Positions 18,782-27,754 are shown, counted from the first letter of the stretch. The stretch: 64,000 nucleotides of DNA from Candidatus Latescibacterota bacterium (GCA_965204725.1 OZ242005.1:448001-512000), one strand, 5' to 3'. Notes: generated from the sequence alone by a model not told the origin. Translations and numbers: made by a program.

Positions 18782-19567
18782 ATGTTAAAAGCAGGCATAT
18801 TTCTCGATATGGAAAATCTCAACCGCTGCGGCGGCTACGCCATCCGCTTTCGCCAGATCAAGGCCCTAGTGGAGGCGCAGCAGGCGGTTGTAGTGCGAGC
18901 CAACGCCTATATGGCCGTTGACCGCGAGCGCGAAGGTATGGACGCCGAGTACCGCCAAAAAAGGGAAACGTATCGCAATCGAGCGCGGCGGGAGGGCTAC
19001 CATCTAATTCTCAAGGAAGTGCGGCGCTATCTCACTTCGGAGGGCGAGACCGTCGTCAAGGCCGACGCCGACCTAGAGTTGGCTGTTGATGCCCTGTTGC
19101 AGTCGGAAAATCTGGACTACGTGCTGTTGGGCAGCGGCGACGGCGATTTCGTGCGCTTGGTGCGCGCCCTGCAAAACCGGGGCAAGCGGGTTGATCTGCT
19201 CTCTTTTATGAACACTAGCACCGAACTGCGCCAAGAGGTAGATTACCACTTTTCCGGGTACTTGGTGCCCGACATTTTGTTCTCGGACCGCGGCCCAAAC
19301 CACCGCCTGCGCGGCATCCTACACGCGGTCAACGAGGAGAAGGGCTACGGGTTTTTGACCGTGCAGACCGGCTTGGGCGTAGATACGATATGCGAGGATA
19401 TTTTTCTGCACATTACCGACCTGCGCACGGCCCGCGGCGGGGTGGTGTCCAACTCGGACTTTGCCCACTTGAGGATGCGCGGCGCGATCATTGAGTTTGA
19501 GGTAGAAAACGACAGTGACCGGAAAAAGGCCGTCAACGCCGTGGAGTTTCAGCCCGAACTGTTGTGA
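18782..19567 (+). CDS. NYN (LabA/PIN-like) nuclease with C-terminal cold-shock domain
   Basis: FLDMEN, KADADLELAVD, SGDGDF; C-terminal KGYGFL (RNP1) and DIFLH (RNP2); AAGGA RBS before ATG 18782. Confidence 0.85.
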   Translation: MLKAGIFLDMENLNRCGGYAIRFRQIKALVEAQQAVVVRANAYMAVDREREGMDAEYRQKRETYRNRARREGYHLILKEVRRYLTSEGETVVKADADLELAVDALLQSENLDYVLLGSGDGDFVRLVRALQNRGKRVDLLSFMNTSTELRQEVDYHFSGYLVPDILFSDRGPNHRLRGILHAVNEEKGYGFLTVQTGLGVDTICEDIFLHITDLRTARGGVVSNSDFAHLRMRGAIIEFEVENDSDRKKAVNAVEFQPELL

Positions 19568-19583
19568 TCGGTTGACCCCTAAT

Positions 19584-20003
19584 TTACTCGCAGTACACCC
19601 GGACCTTGTCGTCCCCGTCGTGGATGTTCACCTCGATCTCGCTTAGTGCGTCTATGAGCGGGTCGAGCTCCTCGGTTCGCAGGTTGTGAATGTCGAGGTC
19701 AATGCCGTTTCTCTTCAGTGTCTTGTTGATGCCCTGCGCCGCCTGCTCTGGAAGCAAGGTGTGCAGCCGGACGCCGGCCTTGATCAGCGCCAGCGGCACC
19801 CGGACATCGACGTGCTCCTCCCCGTCCGAGTCAATGGCTACCCTCAGATACCGGGCCGTTCCCGTGCGAGTAGGCACTATTGGCTGCACCGCTGCGGTCG
19901 CCTCTGGCCCCTCATCGACGAGGGAAATCAGGCGCTCGGCCTCATCGACCGACACCTTGCCCTCCGCTAGCATCTCTAGTACGCGTCTGCTGTTTTCGTT
20001 CAT
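19584..20003 (-). CDS. SHOCT-like domain protein (DUF2089 operon)
   Basis: RVLEMLAEGKVSVDEAERL, VDVRVPL, KVRVYCE; AGGAGG RBS. Confidence 0.8.
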   Translation of the reverse strand: MNENSRRVLEMLAEGKVSVDEAERLISLVDEGPEATAAVQPIVPTRTGTARYLRVAIDSDGEEHVDVRVPLALIKAGVRLHTLLPEQAAQGINKTLKRNGIDLDIHNLRTEELDPLIDALSEIEVNIHDGDDKVRVYCE

Positions 20004-20020
20004 GGCTATCCTCCTGTTTT

Positions 20021-20944
20021 CTACTGAATTGCTATAGAGCCGTTCACGGTCTTGGCGATCAACTCGGCCTCGCCTGCGCCCACTGTCCCTTCGAGCTTGT
20101 CGCGCTTATTGACCGCGGCGACAAAGCCCGGCACCTCGCAACGGACGCGCCCGTTGAGCGTCTCAGCCGCCAGCTTGAGGCTCGGCTCGGCGTCCAGAGC
20201 CACCTTGATGTTGGTGTTTAAGGTGGATAGCCTGTTGTGGCTTTTGGGCGCAATGCTGCCCTGAAACTTTATCGTCCCGTTGACGGTCCGCACATCGAAG
20301 CGGCCGTGGGCGTCCTCAACGGACACGCGGCTGTTCACGTTGGAAAGCGTTGCCGAGCCTTGGAAGGTCTTAACCGCAATTGGGGCGTTCTTGGTCGTCG
20401 CGTTTAGGTCGCCCTTGAATTGTTCGACCCTTACGCGCCCGTTCTTGGTCTGCACCGTTCCACCGCCCTCCGTTCCTTGGACCTCCACCGGCCCGTTGCT
20501 AGTCGCCAAGTCAACGCTCGTTGGGACGGGCACGACCACCTCTATGTTTGCTCCGGCGGATTGGCGGGAAAATCCGGGCAGCGATCCCTCGGCTCGCCGG
20601 TCCGACTTGGCCTTGACCTCGACGAGGTCGCCTTCTTGCACGGCGCTGTACTCGATGCGGTGGGGGTTTTTTAGCTTCGCACGCACGCGAATCGACCCGG
20701 GGCGGCCGGCATGGACCCGGACGCGGCCGTTGAAGCCGCGGACCACGAGGCGCGGGCTGGTTCCCACGGCAAAAGTGTCGTCGCGCATGGCCCTCTTGGG
20801 TTCCTCCTCGGGCGCATCAAAGGATTCAGCGGTGCGCTTGGGCTCCTTGACTCGCAACGCCTCCAACAGACGCTCGGCCTCCTCAACGGTTATCTTGCCC
20901 TCCGAGAGCATGTCGAGAACTCTTCGTCGCTCCTGAGTCATCAC
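20021..20944 (-). CDS. DUF4097 beta-strand repeat protein with N-terminal SHOCT-like domain
   Basis: ERRRVLDMLSEGKITVEEAERLL plus repeated TSNG/TKNG/TVNG/TLNG units. Confidence 0.85.
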   Translation of the reverse strand: MMTQERRRVLDMLSEGKITVEEAERLLEALRVKEPKRTAESFDAPEEEPKRAMRDDTFAVGTSPRLVVRGFNGRVRVHAGRPGSIRVRAKLKNPHRIEYSAVQEGDLVEVKAKSDRRAEGSLPGFSRQSAGANIEVVVPVPTSVDLATSNGPVEVQGTEGGGTVQTKNGRVRVEQFKGDLNATTKNAPIAVKTFQGSATLSNVNSRVSVEDAHGRFDVRTVNGTIKFQGSIAPKSHNRLSTLNTNIKVALDAEPSLKLAAETLNGRVRCEVPGFVAAVNKRDKLEGTVGAGEAELIAKTVNGSIAIQ

Positions 20945-20950
20945 AACCTC

Positions 20951-21226
20951 CTAGTCGATTGAAACGAACACGCGCTCCGCGCCGGAGACTACGTTGCAGC
21001 GCAGGCCGCGCAACGAGGCCAGCGCGTATAGCAGCAAGGGGGCAGTCCGCAGGATGGGGCGTCCGCAGCCTCGATGCCAGTACAAGGCCGCGGTCAGAAC
21101 CACAACAGGCGTCCCCAGCAGCACCGCGACGACAACGGCCGGCCACAGCACGACGAGCGGGAGCCACAGCCGAATGCGGCGCTTGCCACCCTCGATTCGC
21201 ACTCGCAGTAACACCGGCGGCAGCAT
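20951..21226 (-). CDS. Small membrane protein of the DUF2089 operon
   Basis: MLPP...IRLWLPLVVLWP hydrophobic segment; TGATG coupling to the upstream gene. Confidence 0.7.
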   Translation of the reverse strand: MLPPVLLRVRIEGGKRRIRLWLPLVVLWPAVVVAVLLGTPVVVLTAALYWHRGCGRPILRTAPLLLYALASLRGLRCNVVSGAERVFVSID

Positions 21227-21615
21227 CAGGAGAGCCTCCGCAGCGCCTCTTCGATGTCGATCTCGCCGCGTTCGAGGCTGTCGAGAACGGCCGCCGATTG
21301 AGGATTCGAGCGCGGGGTGCCAGCCGCTTCCGCAGTTTGCGACACCGCCTCGACGAACTGCAACTGCTCTGCAATGGCATTCAGCCGGTTCTTGACCGTT
21401 GGGTAGCTGATGCCAAAGACGCGCTCCATCTCCTTGATCGAGCCGTGGACATGGACGAAGGCCATTACGAATACTTGGTCCTCAGCGGAAAGACGCGCTA
21501 GAGCCGGCGGCTCAAATCGCCCTTCAATCGCGATTTCGCTATCCGGCAGATAAACCCGCTCCACCACGATGCGCGCCCCCTTCGTCAGGTCGGTTAGCTC
21601 TTTCCAGTCCTTGAT
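21226..21615 (-). CDS. DUF2089 family HTH regulator (probable ATC start at 21615)
   Basis: GSIKEMERVFGISYPTVKNRL HTH and C-terminal LERGEIDIEEAL; frame extends 16 codons upstream of the track GTG (21567) to ATC, 6 nt after GGAGGT. Confidence 0.85.
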   Translation of the reverse strand: MKDWKELTDLTKGARIVVERVYLPDSEIAIEGRFEPPALARLSAEDQVFVMAFVHVHGSIKEMERVFGISYPTVKNRLNAIAEQLQFVEAVSQTAEAAGTPRSNPQSAAVLDSLERGEIDIEEALRRLS

Positions 21616-21648
21616 AACTACACCTCCAAATAATTGGATTTAGCCATT

Positions 21649-21700
21649 ATTATAGAGATATAATCAAAAAAGTCAATTACTAAATTAACAAAGTTAATTT
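21649..21700 (-). promoter_or_regulatory. sigma70 promoter and palindromic operator of the DUF2089 operon
   Basis: TTGACT-16 nt-TATAAT on the minus strand (21676-21649); inverted repeat AAATTAAC-AAA-GTTAATTT at 21682-21700. Confidence 0.7.
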
Positions 21701-21727
21701 TTGGCGGTCTGCTGAATTGACTCTGGA

Positions 21728-22840
21728 CTAGTCCGTCTCCACGGCAGCGGACACCGCATTGGAAACCCGCCGCAGCAGGCTCCCGTTGGCGACCATCTGG
21801 TTGGTCAGCACCACGCAACTTAGCTGGCGGTCTGCGTCCGCCCACGCCACCGTGCCGGTGGACCCGGTGTGGCCGAAGGTGTGCGGCGACACCAGATCGC
21901 CCCAAAAGGCCCACACCCGCGCCCCGCACACGCCCCACCCCAAGCCCCATGGCGCGTCGAGCGCACCGTTTTGGTCCCGCGTCATCGCCGCGACCACAGC
22001 GCGGCTGAAGATGCGCTGGCCGCCGTACGCGCCGCCGTTGAGCATGGTTTGCAGCAAGATCGCCAAGTCGCGTCCGGTGCTGTGCATGCCGCCCCACGGT
22101 GCCCCAAAATCGCGCCAGTACCGAGAATTCCATCCCCAGCTCCGCCGCTCTTCGTCCTCTTCGGCGTCCGTCCCGCACCACACGGTATCTGCAAGCGACC
22201 AATCGCCCAGGCCCAACGCGCTGCGCTCCATGCCCAACGGCGCGAAAATTTCCTCGCGTTCAAAGTCGCGCAACCGCTGGCCGCTGACGCGCTCGACAAT
22301 CGCGGCCGCCAGCAGGATGCCCTTGCTCTGGTAGCGGAAATCGGTCGCAGGTTTGTAGAGCAGGGGCGTTTGCAGGGCGCGCTCGACAAAGACCTCGACC
22401 GGCTCGTGCGCCCGCCGCAGGCTGACATTCTCCGGCAGCATATCGGGCATACCCGATACGTGCGACAGCAGGTGGCGGACCTTAATGGCAGGCCGGTGGT
22501 CGCCCGTAAACTCGGGCAGGTAGTACGCGGCCGGGTCGTCGAGCGAAATCAGCCCGCGATCGACGAGGATCATCAGCGCACAAGCGGTGACCGGCTTGGT
22601 GATCGACGCGAGGAGAAAGATCGAATCCGCATCAACCGGCCGGCCGGTGCCGGGTTTTTGCTGGCCCGCCCCTCGGGCGAAGACCGCTTTGCCGCGCCGC
22701 GCTACTGTCAGCGAGGCCGCGCTGATCTGGCCCGCTTCAATAGCAGCCGTGAGCAAGCCGAAGGCCCGCTCAAGTTGTGCCGCCGACATGCCGACGACCG
22801 CTGGGTCGCCCGTTTGCAGAATCGTTCCGTCCGTTTCCAT
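21728..22840 (-). CDS. Serine hydrolase, beta-lactamase class C-like family
   Basis: ASITK (SxxK), LLSHVSG, FRYQS, FGHTG. Confidence 0.9.
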   Translation of the reverse strand: METDGTILQTGDPAVVGMSAAQLERAFGLLTAAIEAGQISAASLTVARRGKAVFARGAGQQKPGTGRPVDADSIFLLASITKPVTACALMILVDRGLISLDDPAAYYLPEFTGDHRPAIKVRHLLSHVSGMPDMLPENVSLRRAHEPVEVFVERALQTPLLYKPATDFRYQSKGILLAAAIVERVSGQRLRDFEREEIFAPLGMERSALGLGDWSLADTVWCGTDAEEDEERRSWGWNSRYWRDFGAPWGGMHSTGRDLAILLQTMLNGGAYGGQRIFSRAVVAAMTRDQNGALDAPWGLGWGVCGARVWAFWGDLVSPHTFGHTGSTGTVAWADADRQLSCVVLTNQMVANGSLLRRVSNAVSAAVETD

Positions 22841-23085
22841 CGCGTTCCCTTTCTTTTAATTTTCGGGTTAGGTACTTGTTATCGCCCCGCGCCTCGTCGA
22901 GTTGCTTTTGGCTCTCAATCAGCAATTCCCGCGATTTATCCCGCTGCTTATGCGCCTCTTGTATCTCAGCCCGCACCGCTTCGGGTGTGTTCGCCAGCAG
23001 CCGCTTGATCGTTTCAGCTAAAAACGAGCGGCCCCAAGCCGCAAAGTGAAGAACCGTTGAGCCATTCAAACCTCCTATCTTAGTC

Positions 23086-23673
23086 TTATAAATCATAGGT
23101 CGGACTCCGCCAACTCGAACTAATGGACCATTGAGAAAATGTCCCATCACTAAATACCTGCCGAACTGCCACATACGAAGTATTGTATGAGTTACCCGTA
23201 GCCCTAGGCCGAGTATAATTGGCCCGACCATCCGAATAACTCGCTGTCGTATAAGTTGATCGCGAAGAGACAACACTATTAACGTATCGCACCAGTTGAT
23301 AGGTTTCCCCTGCCGATGCGGCCCAACTTACTCGTATTTCAGGGATCGCACCCGGCAAGTTTGTAAAACTCAAACCCGGCCCCGAAGGTTGATAAACCGC
23401 TTGCTCCGTCGTATCCGTGACCGTAGCAGTCGTGCTGTCCGAAGGAGCCGCCACCGTCTCCGTTGTATCCGTGACCGCGGCGTCCGTACTGTCCGCCAGC
23501 GTCTCTGTCTCTGTCTCGGTACTATCCACGCCCACACCCACAATCGCGCTGCCACCCGCCTTGAACAAGTCAAACAGACCGCCGCCCGCCACCTTACCCG
23601 CCGGCCCCGCCGGCGTCTCCCGATCCCCGCAGCCCAAAACCAACCCAACCAAGACCACCATCAACAAGCGCAT
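23086..23673 (-). CDS. Lipoprotein with D/S/T-rich linker
   Basis: MRLLMVVLVGLVLG-C lipobox; imperfect repeats DSTETETE, DSTDAAVTDTTE, DSTTATVTDTTE; beta-rich C-terminal domain. Confidence 0.7.
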   Translation of the reverse strand: MRLLMVVLVGLVLGCGDRETPAGPAGKVAGGGLFDLFKAGGSAIVGVGVDSTETETETLADSTDAAVTDTTETVAAPSDSTTATVTDTTEQAVYQPSGPGLSFTNLPGAIPEIRVSWAASAGETYQLVRYVNSVVSSRSTYTTASYSDGRANYTRPRATGNSYNTSYVAVRQVFSDGTFSQWSISSSWRSPTYDL

Positions 23674-23916
23674 CCTATCCCCCTACGTGAATAAATGAGT
23701 GATCAGTTACCCAAACGCCAAATTCGCACAAAAAGCACAATTCGCCTAGTCGAGCACCTGATAAACCACCGCCAGAGATCAAAATCGAACCGCGCCCTGC
23801 ATCCAAGGATTTTGACGCTCACAGCACGCAAAACAAAAGGCCGACACCCGATCCAATCAAGTGACGACCTCTTGCGATTCAAGCTGAGAAAAGTCAACTA
23901 AATAAAGAGGGCCTTT

Positions 23917-24151
23917 TTAGAAAGACAACCATGCTTTAAGGTGCTCTTTTGCAGCACCGTTTACATGTGGGGAACGACTTAATTGTTCACGGAGTTTACG
24001 AAGTATATGCCCGTCAAGATTTCCAACGATGCTAAGTCGATTAAAAAGTCTTGGGTTAATCTGATCCTTGATTAGGAGCAGAGAGTACAAGAAAAAACAA
24101 ATCAGGCACATCTCTAGCAGAGAGAACTAATCCATCCCAATTCCAATTCAT
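23917..24151 (-). pseudogene. Internally deleted or frameshifted toxin remnant downstream of Panacea antitoxin
   Basis: ATGA-coupled 31-aa ORF MNWNWDGLVLSARDVPDLFFLVLSAPNQGSD (24151-24056) and an out-of-frame C-terminal piece ...LDGHILRKLREQLSRSPHVNGAAKEHLKAWLSF ending at 23917. Confidence 0.45.
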
Positions 24152-24741
24152 CTGAAACTGTCCAAAAAAGCCTGCCCTTCAAGAGCAAGACGGGCATATT
24201 CTTTTTCTTCTGATGACTTATTCATACCATCAAGGATTTGATCAATGGATAGACGAGATCGACGTTCTCCAAGTTGATCAATAGTCGGGTCACTATACTC
24301 TGGCAATTCGTGACTCTCATCCCTAAGTTGAGTCCACTTCTTCTTACCATGCTCAGAGAAAACCTCACCAATTAAATCAATCTCAAATTCAGATAATTCA
24401 TCGGTGTCAATCTCTCTATCAACAATAAGTTCAACAAAGTATTTACCTTTCCGCCTTATATGCTGAGACCAAAAACCTTCCTCCATCGAACATCTATCCT
24501 TAGCTAAATCAAGAATTTCGCTTACAATAGGCCCATAGGGCAAACAAAAATATGTACCAGTCGAAACCGCGAATCCTCTGCGATCAAGTGCGGCCCTATC
24601 AATAAAATAAATCAGTTTAACAAGTGAAATATAGGGATACGAACCACCTGCATGACGGAGCACTTCAGCCGCAAGTTGAGTCGCTTTCTTCTCATTAAAA
24701 CGCGGCTTGAGAGGTCCTAAATAAGATATGGATGGGCGCAT
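24148..24741 (-). CDS. Panacea (DUF4065/SocA/GepA) domain antitoxin
   Basis: FNEKKATQ, LVKLIYFIDR, LPYGPI, ELSEFE, LRDESHELPEY; AT-rich. Confidence 0.88.
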   Translation of the reverse strand: MRPSISYLGPLKPRFNEKKATQLAAEVLRHAGGSYPYISLVKLIYFIDRAALDRRGFAVSTGTYFCLPYGPIVSEILDLAKDRCSMEEGFWSQHIRRKGKYFVELIVDREIDTDELSEFEIDLIGEVFSEHGKKKWTQLRDESHELPEYSDPTIDQLGERRSRLSIDQILDGMNKSSEEKEYARLALEGQAFLDSFR

Positions 24742-24888
24742 GAGTTAGGCTTTCCTCTGTTAGTCCTTCATGTTTATAGAAAGATTATAATTCCCGACGC
24801 AAAGGGAGGAGGCTTAACAGCAACCTCTTCACCAAGTGATGTATATCCAAAGTATATCCGGTCAGAAACCCAAGGGCAACGCGCCCCG

Positions 24889-25692
24889 TCAGCTTCCCGT
24901 AGATCGGTAATGCCGTACGCCCACCTGCCAGACGCGCAGACAGATCGCAAAAAAGAGCAGGCCAATGGTTGGGGCCAGCCATTGGAATAACGGGCCTGAG
25001 CCTAAAGGGTCGGGGCGCTCCAAAATCCCCAACGCCGGGTAGTAGCTAACGCAGGCGAGGGGGATGACATAGGTGAAAAAGCGGCGGAACCACTCGCGGT
25101 AAATCGCCAGCGGGTACTGAGCCGTCTCCACGCCGCCATACGTTACGGCATTGACGATTTCCAAGCTCTCGGTAGTCCAAAAGGCCAGCGTCGCTTGCAG
25201 GACTAGCAGGCCGTAAAACAGGCAAGCACCGCCGAGGATGGTAAACAAGACGAGGAGCAGCTTGTCCGGCGTCCAAGCCAGTTCTAGAGCATTGGCAGCC
25301 CACAGCAGGACGACCAAGCCTTGGGCGATGCGGCCGATGCGCTTGAGGGTAAGCTCTTGCCCGGCCAACTGCAAAGCCGTGCTGCGGGGGCGCAGTAGCA
25401 GGCGGTCGAAGTCGCCGCTTTTTACGGTGGCGGCGAAGGCGTCAAACCCGCGCGAGCAGGCGTCGCACAGGGCAAAGGCGATGTTGATTAGGCCGTAAAA
25501 GAAGGCCACTTCGGGCAGGCTCCACGTGTCGAGGGCGGCGAAGCGGTCAAAGAGCGCCCAGATGCCCAAAAATTCCAAGCCGGTCATCAGGCCGTGCCCC
25601 ACAGACAGCATGACAAAAGAGGCCCGGTACTGCATTTGGCTGCGGAAGGAAATGTCGATATAGCGGCCATACAGGCGCAGTCCATCGAGCAC
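24889..25692 (-). CDS. ABC-2 family transporter permease
   Basis: MQYRASF, GDFDRLLLRP, YPLAIY, YRSTGS. Confidence 0.92.
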   Translation of the reverse strand: MLDGLRLYGRYIDISFRSQMQYRASFVMLSVGHGLMTGLEFLGIWALFDRFAALDTWSLPEVAFFYGLINIAFALCDACSRGFDAFAATVKSGDFDRLLLRPRSTALQLAGQELTLKRIGRIAQGLVVLLWAANALELAWTPDKLLLVLFTILGGACLFYGLLVLQATLAFWTTESLEIVNAVTYGGVETAQYPLAIYREWFRRFFTYVIPLACVSYYPALGILERPDPLGSGPLFQWLAPTIGLLFFAICLRVWQVGVRHYRSTGS

Positions 25693-25696
25693 GGCT

Positions 25697-26491
25697 TCAG
25701 CCTCCTTGGACGACCAAGCGGCGCGTGCCGCGGTAGAGGAGGAAGCGGCCCAGCCCCACCAGCGCGAGCGTCCACGCGAGCTGATGCCCGACTACCGACC
25801 AGACTTGAGACGCGGGAATGTGCCCCATGTAGAGGCGGAAAGGGGTGTCGGCCAAGCCGCGGAAAGGCATGAAGTCAAGTATGGGCTGCATCGCGTCGGG
25901 AAACAGCGGCAAGGGGATCACCATGCCGGAAAAGACGTAGATGCAGATCCCCAGTATCTGAATGGAACCTTCTCCGGCAATGGTCCACAGCAAAGAGATG
26001 TTGACCAAGTTGGACAACGCCCCGCCCAAGAGGACTGCACCCACCGTAGCCAAGGCCCAAGCCGCCGCCGCCGCCGGGGACGCCGGAGCTTGCAGGCCCA
26101 AGAAGAGGAAGGCCAAGCAGAACAGCGGCACCGAGCGCAGCAGGGTGGGGGCGATGCGATTGGCGAGGGAGCGGCTGTACCAAAAGGCGTACAAATCAAC
26201 CGGGCGCACCAATTCGTATGCTACCGTGCCCGTGCGGACCATGGTGCGCACGTCGTTGTCGGGCAGCCACGGCAAGAGGGCGAACAGGGCTTGGCCGAGC
26301 CAGACATAATTGACGACCTCGGCGTAGGTCATAGGTTGCGCTTGGGTGGCCGTGCGATAGAACGCTTCAAAGACCATCACCCGAATGAGTCCCCAAAACA
26401 ACTGAGTGCCCATGCCGGCGAGGGCCGCGGCCCGGTACTGCAACAACATGCGGAGACGGGCGCTGAGGACGGACCAATAGGGCCGCATCAA
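25697..26491 (-). CDS. ABC-2 family transporter permease
   Basis: LQYR, YVWLGQ, GTVAYELVRP, SGMVIPL, VVQGG. Confidence 0.92.
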   Translation of the reverse strand: MMRPYWSVLSARLRMLLQYRAAALAGMGTQLFWGLIRVMVFEAFYRTATQAQPMTYAEVVNYVWLGQALFALLPWLPDNDVRTMVRTGTVAYELVRPVDLYAFWYSRSLANRIAPTLLRSVPLFCLAFLFLGLQAPASPAAAAAWALATVGAVLLGGALSNLVNISLLWTIAGEGSIQILGICIYVFSGMVIPLPLFPDAMQPILDFMPFRGLADTPFRLYMGHIPASQVWSVVGHQLAWTLALVGLGRFLLYRGTRRLVVQGG

Positions 26492-27468
26492 GGGCGATCC
26501 CGGTAGAGTTGGGCGATGACTTCCTCGATCGGCGGGTTTTCCACAAAGAGGTCGCGCACTTCGTGGCGGGCGGTGATGCGGCTGATGAGGGCCGGCGCTG
26601 AAATGCGTTCGGGCGCGAAGCTGAGATGGACCCGGGGGCCATCGCGCTGCACGACGCGAGCGGCCTCGTCTTCGATGGTCGCTGTGGCATCGACTAAATC
26701 GACGATGAGGCGGCGCTCGGACGAGACGCGGGCGCGCAAGTCAGCGAGGCTGCCGTCGGAGAGGATGACGCCGTCGCCGATGACCATGACCCGGTTGCAC
26801 AGGGCTTCAATATCGTCCATGTCGTGGGTGGTCAGGATGACGGTGGTGCCCTCTTGGCGGTTGAGTTCTTTGATGAAATCGCGCATAGCCAGTTTGGAAA
26901 CGGCGTCGAGGCCAATGGTCGGCTCGTCCAAAAAGAGCAGGCCCGGGCCGTGGAGCAGAGCCGCGACTAGATCGCAGCGCATGCGCTGGCCCAAGCTAAG
27001 CTGGCGCACGGGCACGTCGAGGAAGGAATCGAGTTCCAACATGGCGATGAGCGCGTCGCGCCGGCGACCGTAGGCCGCGTGAGGCACTTTGTAGATGTCG
27101 CGCAGCAGATCAAAGGACTCAATCACCGGCAAGTCCCACCACAGTTGGGTGCGCTGGCCAAAGACCACGCCAATGCGGCGGACGTGGCTAATCCGGTCCG
27201 CCCAAGGGACGCGGCCTTGGACCTCGCAGCACCCCGAATCGGGCACGACGATGCCGGAGAGGATTTTGACCGTAGTGGATTTGCCAGCGCCATTGGGGCC
27301 AATATAGCCGACGAGTTCGCCAGCTTCGAGCGAGAAAGAGAGGCCGTCTAAAGCCCGAATGGTGCGGTGCGAGCGCTGCACAACACCGCGAAAGGCTCCC
27401 CAAAGGCCGGGACGGCGCTCGGCAATGCGATAGGTTTTGACTAGATTTTCGACGACGATTTGGGGCAC
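26488..27468 (-). CDS. ABC exporter ATP-binding protein
   Basis: GPNGAGKST, LSLGQ, LFLDEP, TTH; GTG at 27468 is the likely start, and the track extension to 27504 lies inside a MITE. Confidence 0.93.
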   Translation of the reverse strand: MPQIVVENLVKTYRIAERRPGLWGAFRGVVQRSHRTIRALDGLSFSLEAGELVGYIGPNGAGKSTTVKILSGIVVPDSGCCEVQGRVPWADRISHVRRIGVVFGQRTQLWWDLPVIESFDLLRDIYKVPHAAYGRRRDALIAMLELDSFLDVPVRQLSLGQRMRCDLVAALLHGPGLLFLDEPTIGLDAVSKLAMRDFIKELNRQEGTTVILTTHDMDDIEALCNRVMVIGDGVILSDGSLADLRARVSSERRLIVDLVDATATIEDEAARVVQRDGPRVHLSFAPERISAPALISRITARHEVRDLFVENPPIEEVIAQLYRDRP

Positions 27469-27471
27469 GGG

Positions 27472-27551
27472 TTGGCACCATCTTTTTTGCTTATGAGGCG
27501 TCATTCCCGCGAAAGCGGGAATCCAGTCTTGAATGATGTAGGATTGCTATA
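27472..27551. mobile_element. MITE copy B2 (left end missing)
   Basis: GTCATTCCCGCGAAAGCGGGAATCCAGTCTTGAATGATGTAGGATTGCTATA; shares its TA with copy A2. Confidence 0.78.
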
Positions 27552-27719
27552 TAGCCGTCCTACATCCTTCATACGAGATGTTCTGCATGGCGTTTTGGGT
27601 ATGAGATACTTCGCTGCGCTCAGTATGACAAGGGCTGGGGCACGAAGCTGCCGTCTCGGTGTCATGCTGAGCGAAGCGAAGCATCTTTACATGCTTGCAA
27701 GTCATTTAGGATTGCTATA
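27550..27719. mobile_element. MITE copy A2 (complete)
   Basis: Terminal repeats TATAGCCGTCCTACAT / ATTTAGGATTGCTATA; internal inverted GTCATGCTGAGCGAAGCGAAGCATCT pair. Confidence 0.82.
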
Positions 27720-27724
27720 CTCGG

Positions 27725-27754
27725 CGAGGGCAAGATGCCCTCGATCTTTGGAAG
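27725..27754. repeat. REP-like palindrome, family C
   Basis: CGAGGGCAAGATGCCCTCGATCTTTGGAAG, reverse complement of 56755-56784 with one mismatch. Confidence 0.78.

Noticed and set aside
21618-21647. 9-codon upstream ORF MAKSNYLEV before DUF2089
   Set aside because: Its ATG lies 2 nt after the predicted -10 box, upstream of the likely transcription start.
22770-23095. Ankyrin-like GSTVLHFAAWG followed by a coiled-coil stretch
   Set aside because: Only one partial motif; the RBS-linked ATG is in another frame that stops after 15 codons, and the ORF overlaps the serine hydrolase. Possibly a gene relic but not supportable.
23400-23530. Short tandem repeats as a CRISPR array
   Set aside because: Imperfect codon-phase repeats inside a coding linker; no constant repeat-spacer period and no cas genes.
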